This document shows, piece by piece, positions 8,945-13,504 of a stretch of DNA of 13,504 nucleotides. Under the pieces are notes generated by a model that did no database searches, was not told where the DNA came from, and saw nothing but the letters and a program-made list of their open reading frames with translations. Made by a program: the position numbers and the translations under genes. This DNA is from Planctomycetota bacterium (GTDB lineage Bacteria > Planctomycetota > GCA-002687715 > DRQF01), in the NCBI GenBank assembly GCA_036479435.1, contig JAZGFI010000227.1, positions 1-13,504 on the forward strand, written 5' to 3'. Numbering within the stretch: the first letter of the stretch is position 1; every line of letters begins with the position of its first letter.

Positions 8945-9975
8945 AACGACATCTTAACACTCTTTTTGTAACGACAGACGGCGCTTACTTGGCAGCGGTG
9001 GGAGAGACCGTGGCCGTCAAGATAGAAGGTGAAACCAAACTGAGAGTCCCGCTTCATCTCCTCCAAGGAATCGTCTGCTTTGGTCGCGTCTCAGCCAGCC
9101 CCCAATTGATGTCTCGGTGTGCAGAACGTGATGTTGGCTTGTCATTCCTCAGCAGTCACGGGCGTTTTCAAGCCAGAGTGCAGGGACCCATCTCCGGCAA
9201 TGTTTTGCTTCGGCGCGCTCAATTCCGCCTAGCGGATTGCCCCACATTTTCGGCCTCAATTTCCAAGGTCATCGTCACGGCTAAGATCGTCAACTGCCGC
9301 AGTATTCTTCGACGCCGACTGCGCGACCATCCCGACGCCACGGGGTCCAGCGCCATTCAGACCGCCGTTGACGAACTCGCCAAGCGTGTTTCTAGTCTGG
9401 ATCGCAAACTCAGCCTCGACAGCATCCGCGGTGTCGAAGGAGATGCTGCACGTATCTACTTCTCAGTATTCGACCACCTCATCGTCCAACAAAAACAGGA
9501 GTTTAAATTTCAGGAGCGGAGCCGTAGGCCACCTCGGAACGCGGTCAACGCCGTTCTTTCGTTTGGCTACAGCCTCCTCGCACAGGACGTTTCCTCAGCA
9601 CTCCAGGCCGTTGGCCTTGATCCACAGGTGGGTTACCTTCATCGAGATCGCCCTGGGCGCCCCAGTTTTGCCTTAGATCTAATGGAAGAACTCCGCCCCA
9701 TCATGGTCGACCGTGTCGCGCTTTCTCTCATCAATCGGCGCCAGATCAAGATTACGGGATTCAAAGTTGAGGAGGCTGGCGGTATCCACATGGATGACAA
9801 GACGAGAAAGAAACTACTCATCGCCTATCAAGAGAGAAAAGACGAAGTGCTCGTCCATCCCTTCCTCGGTGAGAAAATTAGCTCGGGTCTCATCTCCCAC
9901 ATTCAAGCGAGACTTGCCGCACGATACATCCGTGGCGAGTTAGATGCCTATCCCGCCTACTTCCACCGCGGTTAG
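8941..9975 (+). CDS. cas1: Type I-C Cas1 integrase (344 aa)
   Basis: The likely start is ATG 8941 (ATGA overlap with the cas4 stop, MKRHLNTLFVTT). Motifs GNVLLRR.Q, RGVEG..AR.YF, NAVLSFGY, GLDP..G.LH, LALDLMEELR-like FALDLMEELR. Confidence 0.97.
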   Translation: MKRHLNTLFVTTDGAYLAAVGETVAVKIEGETKLRVPLHLLQGIVCFGRVSASPQLMSRCAERDVGLSFLSSHGRFQARVQGPISGNVLLRRAQFRLADCPTFSASISKVIVTAKIVNCRSILRRRLRDHPDATGSSAIQTAVDELAKRVSSLDRKLSLDSIRGVEGDAARIYFSVFDHLIVQQKQEFKFQERSRRPPRNAVNAVLSFGYSLLAQDVSSALQAVGLDPQVGYLHRDRPGRPSFALDLMEELRPIMVDRVALSLINRRQIKITGFKVEEAGGIHMDDKTRKKLLIAYQERKDEVLVHPFLGEKISSGLISHIQARLAARYIRGELDAYPAYFHRG

Positions 9976-9988
9976 GGAGAATTGAGCC

Positions 9989-10279
9989 ATGATGGTCGTC
10001 GTCAGTTACGATGTTTCTACGAAAGACCCCAACGGATCACGGCGCCTCCGGCGCGTGGCCCGTGCTTGTTCTGATTACGGCCAACGAGTTCAGAATTCAG
10101 TTTTTGAGTGCTTGGTCGATCCGGAGCACTGGGCCCGACTCAGGAATCGTCTACTCGACGAGATCGATCCGTCGGTCGACAGTCTACGATTCTATTTCTT
10201 GGGGGCTCGATACAGCCGTCGGACTGAGCACCATGGCGCCAAAGAACCCCACGATCCCCAATCGCCCATGATCGTATAG
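9989..10279 (+). CDS. cas2: Cas2
   Basis: VVSYDVST...G.RRLRRVA..C..YGQRVQNSVFEC, DSLRFY; RBS GGAG upstream. Confidence 0.97.
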   Translation: MMVVVSYDVSTKDPNGSRRLRRVARACSDYGQRVQNSVFECLVDPEHWARLRNRLLDEIDPSVDSLRFYFLGARYSRRTEHHGAKEPHDPQSPMIV

Positions 10280-10462
10280 CCTGCTTGCGAACCCAAAGTG
10301 CTCACAGTAACCCCGGGAGGTTCGCGATGCCAACAAGGCCCTGCAAAGAAAGCACTTACGTCGTGCGACCCCCATCGTTTGCAAGTTCAAATTACGCATG
10401 CAGTAACCCTCGCGATTTTCCGATTCTAAACCCATGCCCATCAATTGGTTTAGACTCCCGCA
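10280..10462 (+). promoter_or_regulatory. CRISPR leader
   Basis: A 183-bp non-coding stretch between cas2 and repeat 1. It has an inverted pair GCGAACC (10287-10293)/GGTTCGC (10319-10325), a direct repeat CAGTAACCC (10305, 10401), an inverted pair CTAAACC/GGTTTAG (10426-10453) and an IHF-like CATCAATTGGTTT (10439-10451). Confidence 0.8.
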
Positions 10463-12257
10463 GTCGCTCCCCTCGCGGGAGCGCGGATTGAAACCGCGGC
10501 TCTGCATTCGGTCAAGCGACTTGCCGAGTCGCTCCCCTCGCGGGAGCGCGGATTGAAACCCGGCGTAGTCGTCTTGTTCAACCCCGCCGAAGAGTCGCTC
10601 CCCTCGCGGGAGCGCGGATTGAAACGTCGCCACCCCCGTGGCCTAAAGCTTTGTTGGCGGTCGCTCCCCTCGCGGGAGCGCGGATTGAAACTTACCGAGG
10701 CCGAACAAGACGAACTGTTCGGTGGTCGCTCCCCTCGCGGGAGCGCGGATTGAAACAAAAGACCGGGTGGAAGATCAACGAGAACGTATGTCGCTCCCCT
10801 CGCGGGAGCGCGGATTGAAACTTTCCAGGGTGCTCCTGGAACAGGGTCGGGGTCTGGTCGCTCCCCTCGCGGGAGCGCGGATTGAAACAACCGCAATGAC
10901 GGCACTTCTCCAGGATCCGTAAGTCGCTCCCCTCGCGGGAGCGCGGATTGAAACCCCTGGTAAGCGCGGGCATAGCGCCCGCCTTTAGGTCGCTCCCCTC
11001 GCGGGAGCGCGGATTGAAACAACTGGCGCGCTTGTTTTTCGTACCTTCGGGACGGGTCGCTCCCCTCGCGGGAGCGCGGATTGAAACCCCCTGCCAGCGA
11101 CAAAAGGCGGTCGACATCGGGTCGCTCCCCTCGCGGGAGCGCGGATTGAAACCGTTGAGCAACGATCAAGACCTGCTGAATTACGGGTCGCTCCCCTCGC
11201 GGGAGCGCGGATTGAAACCGGCTATCTCGCTCGACCGCGTCTTTATGACGGAGTCGCTCCCCTCGCGGGAGCGCGGATTGAAACGCTTGTCGTCAGAGCC
11301 TATCGACACCATAACCCAGTCGCTCCCCTCGCGGGAGCGCGGATTGAAACATTCCCTGCATCACCGAACACAACTACGTTGAATGGTCGCTCCCCTCGCG
11401 GGAGCGCGGATTGAAACACACAGAGCGATCCTGATATCACCTTGACTGAGATCGTCGCTCCCCTCGCGGGAGCGCGGATTGAAACGACGAATCAGCCAGA
11501 TTTTCTGCTGAGGTGTAAAGTCGCTCCCCTCGCGGGAGCGCGGATTGAAACTTCCTCTGTCATGCTTGACTTCCGTATCTCTCAAGTCGCTCCCCTCGCG
11601 GGAGCGCGGATTGAAACGATAAGGGGTCTAAAAGTTTCAGGAATTACTTGGTCGCTCCCCTCGCGGGAGCGCGGATTGAAACTTCATAAGCTCAAGGACA
11701 ATTCAAAATTTCTTTGGTCGCTCCCCTCGCGGGAGCGCGGATTGAAACGCAGATGGGTGACGAAGACAAAAGAGCGTCTGAGGTCGCTCCCCTCGCGGGA
11801 GCGCGGATTGAAACCTGTAGACCGAGCACCAGATCACAAACGCCAACGTGTCGCTCCCCTCGCGGGAGCGCGGATTGAAACTCCCCAAAATCCACAGGAC
11901 CACCCCCACCCCACGTCGCTCCCCTCGCGGGAGCGCGGATTGAAACCTGGATAGCACGATGCCCCACCAGATGGTGCGCAGGTCGCTCCCCTCGCGGGAG
12001 CGCGGATTGAAACGCACGTCCGCCTCGGCTCCCACAACGCCCTCTCGTCGCTCCCCTCGCGGGAGCGCGGATTGAAACATTTACAAATAGTCACTGGTAG
12101 GGTCGGTCTCTTGTCGCTCCCCTCGCGGGAGCGCGGATTGAAACCAGGTCTGGCGTCGCGTCAAGGACAGCAACCAAAGTCGCTCCCCTCGCGGGAGCGC
12201 GGATTGAAACTGAATCCATCGAGGCTCATGTCATCCCGCCAGGTCGCTCCCCTCGCG
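10463..12257 (+). CRISPR. Type I-C CRISPR array: 27 identical 32-bp repeats GTCGCTCCCCTCGCGGGAGCGCGGATTGAAAC, 27 unique spacers (32-36 nt), and the 5' half of a 28th repeat
   Basis: Repeats start at 10463, 10528, 10594, 10660, 10725, 10790, 10857, 10923, 10989, 11056, 11121, 11187, 11253, 11319, 11386, 11454, 11520, 11586, 11651, 11717, 11783, 11850, 11915, 11982, 12047, 12113 and 12179, with a partial repeat at 12243-12257. The stem CGCTCCC/GGGAGCG and the ATTGAAAC end are typical of I-C. Confidence 0.99.
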
Positions 12258-12440
12258 TGTTGACGGTGGCCTAGAAGTGCGGATAAGCGGCGCTTTGTAC
12301 ACGGGCCGCCAGGCCTCAACGGTGCCCAGATCGGAGGGTCGTGTTGGATGTCGAGGTCTCTTGGAGTTTCGTTCCTGAATTCAGAAACGTGGTCTTGGTG
12401 AAGGGAATTGTGTCCGCCTCGGGCCTGCGGTCGCTATGGG

Positions 12441-12911
12441 CTACTGGCGTAACTTGTCCGTCGTGAGGCTTGCTTCGAGCTTGCGGTCTGATCTGGTGGG
12501 TCTTTGCCGCTTAGGTAAAGAGGGAGCCCAACGAAAAAACCCGTTGTTTGGTGATGAGCAAACTCGGCACTGGATGTAGGCGATGGGGTCTTTGCCTTCT
12601 CTTCCGCCAGTGTCAGCGGGTTGTTGCCGTTTTGGCTCCGCGTCACCTCCGACTTGAGCGAATGCGGGACCCTGATGCGTTACGGAACCGCTTCGGTCGC
12701 GAAACCGCTGTTGGCGTGCTCTCGCTGATTCCCTGCCCTTCTGCGTCTTCCTGTAGCGTGCCGCAGCTTCGCATTGCTTCTCTCGCCGACTCGATTGGGC
12801 ACATTGAGCAGAGCAATACCGTTGTCCGCGGTCACAGGTCAGGCAGATGCTCACGAGACGGTGGCAACGTGAACAGTAAAACAACCTCTGTGACTCAATC
12901 GCTTCAATCAT
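12441..12911 (-). CDS. Cys-rich, basic hypothetical protein (putative zinc-finger nucleic-acid binder), cargo of the element
   Basis: The only protein-like ORF in the element (ATG 12911; GTG 12917 alternative). It has CSRC-x6-CLTC-DRGQRY-CSAQC, then an Arg/Gln-rich helix (RARQQRFRDR, VTHQG) and a distal CRVC. Confidence 0.75.
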   Translation of the reverse strand: MIEAIESQRLFYCSRCHRLVSICLTCDRGQRYCSAQCAQSSRREKQCEAAARYRKTQKGRESARARQQRFRDRSGSVTHQGPAFAQVGGDAEPKRQQPADTGGREGKDPIAYIQCRVCSSPNNGFFRWAPSLPKRQRPTRSDRKLEASLTTDKLRQ

Positions 12912-12943
12912 GGCCACTTAGCTTAACCCAAGAGTGGGCACAT

Positions 12944-13003
12944 CCGAGACACCCCAGGGTCTTGCGACCAGTCTGTCGAAGTGGTGAGGCTGCCAGACCT
13001 CGG
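12944..13003 (-). ncRNA. Candidate structured cis-RNA upstream of the cargo ORF (multi-stem junction plus pseudoknot)
   Basis: Manual pairing on the minus strand: CCGAG/CUCGG, GUCUG/CAGAC, GGUC-GCAA-GACC (GNRA loop), and loop GCCUCA pairing with UGGGGU. No family recognised. Confidence 0.35.
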
Positions 13004-13023
13004 CAAAACGATGCGACTTGAAC

Positions 13024-13057
13024 CTTGGTTCCCGGGGCCATGGCCCCGGGAACCAAG
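13024..13057. repeat. Perfect 34-bp palindrome
   Basis: CTTGGTTCCCGGGGCCA|TGGCCCCGGGAACCAAG, with 17/17 pairs and no spacer. Confidence 0.95.
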
Positions 13058-13178
13058 ACCGCCTGCGCCCTTACCCCTACGCCAACCAAAAATTCGGTGC
13101 CCAGGAAACGCGGACCGTTAACGCGGCGGTCATGCGCGCAAAGCGCCATCTATGCGCAGGTCTCAACCGCCGTCTACA

Positions 13179-13201
13179 CTCGCGGGAGCGCGGATCATGG
13201 C
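13179..13201 (+). CRISPR. Displaced 3' part of the degenerate terminal CRISPR repeat
   Basis: CTCGCGGGAGCGCGGAT (13179-13195) is an exact 17-nt match to repeat positions 10-26. It is followed by CATGGC instead of TGAAAC. Confidence 0.92.
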
Positions 13202-13425
13202 GATTCCGTTTGAACGTGTGAGAGTGGTTTCGGCGGACGATCACTTCAGCGGCCTGTGGTGGTGAGACACTGCGGCCCAATTGGCCACAGTGAATATTTA
13301 GTTCCGAGCTAGTCTCATTCCCAACTCCTTTGTTTGCAGTGGACTAAGCCAGCTGGCGAATTCCCTCATGATTGAAGCGTTCCGCCTGCTACGCTCTGTG
13401 CTTAGAGTCTGCCGGGAGATCCACC

Positions 13426-13504
13426 ATGCGTTTCATCTTGTGCACTTTGTTGTTGTCGTCTTTGGGCTTGGCTCAGAATCTGCCGGTCCGCCATGTTTTC
13501 GACG
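13426..13504 (+). CDS. 5' fragment of a probable secreted protein (runs off the right edge)
   Basis: RBS GGGAG (13414-13418) and ATG 13426; MRFILCTLLLSSLGLA|QNLPVRHVFD is a typical Sec signal peptide. Confidence 0.65.
   Translation, partial: MRFILCTLLLSSLGLAQNLPVRHVFD

Larger units (their letters stand above)
12258..13178 (-). mobile_element. 921-bp non-autonomous IS21-like element inserted in the terminal CRISPR repeat
   Basis: The ends TGTTGACGGTGGCCTAGAAGTGCGGATAAGCGGCGCTTTG and (reverse complement of right end) TGTAGACGGCGGTTGAGACCTGCGCATAGATGGCGCTTTG are 29/40 identical. The element is flanked by the direct duplication CTCGCG (12252-12257, 13179-13184). No transposase ORF is present. 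The family call rests on end style only. Confidence 0.88.

Noticed and set aside
10560..10724. 11-nt complementarity between spacers 2 and 4 (TCGTCTTGTTC)
   Set aside because: It is short and does not extend cleanly, within chance expectation for about 900 nt of spacer sequence.
11418..11453. Spacer 15 similarity (13/15, CACcTTGACTGAgAT) to the cas promoter at 2508-2522
   Set aside because: The match is confined to the PAM-distal end with no seed match; probably chance.
10184..12263. Many ORFs over the array (e.g. 10450-11169, 11442-11954)
   Set aside because: They are translations of the CRISPR repeat (SLPSRERGLK, FQSALPRGER, VAPLAGARIET), not genes.
12548..13021. 157-aa plus-strand ORF inside the element as a transposase fragment
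   Set aside because: It has no DDE, HTH or ATPase motifs and is antisense to the better-supported Cys-rich ORF.
12258..13178. The insert as a giant spacer acquired by Cas1
   Set aside because: Only 6 bp are duplicated, in mid-repeat, and the insert has terminal inverted repeats. Cas1-Cas2 would duplicate the full repeat at the leader end.
12900..13379. 13-nt inverted match CATGATTGAAGCG between the cargo ORF start and 13367-13379
   Set aside because: A few 13-mer matches are expected by chance in 13.5 kb, it does not extend, and it is not a recognisable repeat despite GATTGAA.

Overview
The window holds a complete type I-C CRISPR-Cas locus (cas3-cas5d-cas8c with an internal cas11 start-cas7-cas4-cas1-cas2, then a leader and an array of 27 identical 32-bp repeats with 27 spacers). 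On the left are a divergent pair of ordinary genes: a signal-peptide HEAT-repeat protein running off the left edge, and a K+-channel-type ion transporter. On the right is the start of a probable secreted protein. The main non-obvious signal is that the 28th (terminal) repeat is split in its hairpin loop by a 921-bp transposase-less element (12258-13178). It has TG...CA IS21-like imperfect terminal inverted repeats and a 6-bp target duplication (CTCGCG). Its cargo is a Cys-rich basic protein, a candidate pseudoknotted 5' RNA and a perfect 34-bp palindrome. Other leads are a repeat-like hairpin ahead of cas3, several self-folding spacers, and one spacer that reads as a T7-type RNA polymerase motif. 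All calls are from reading the sequence; no searches or folding programs were run.
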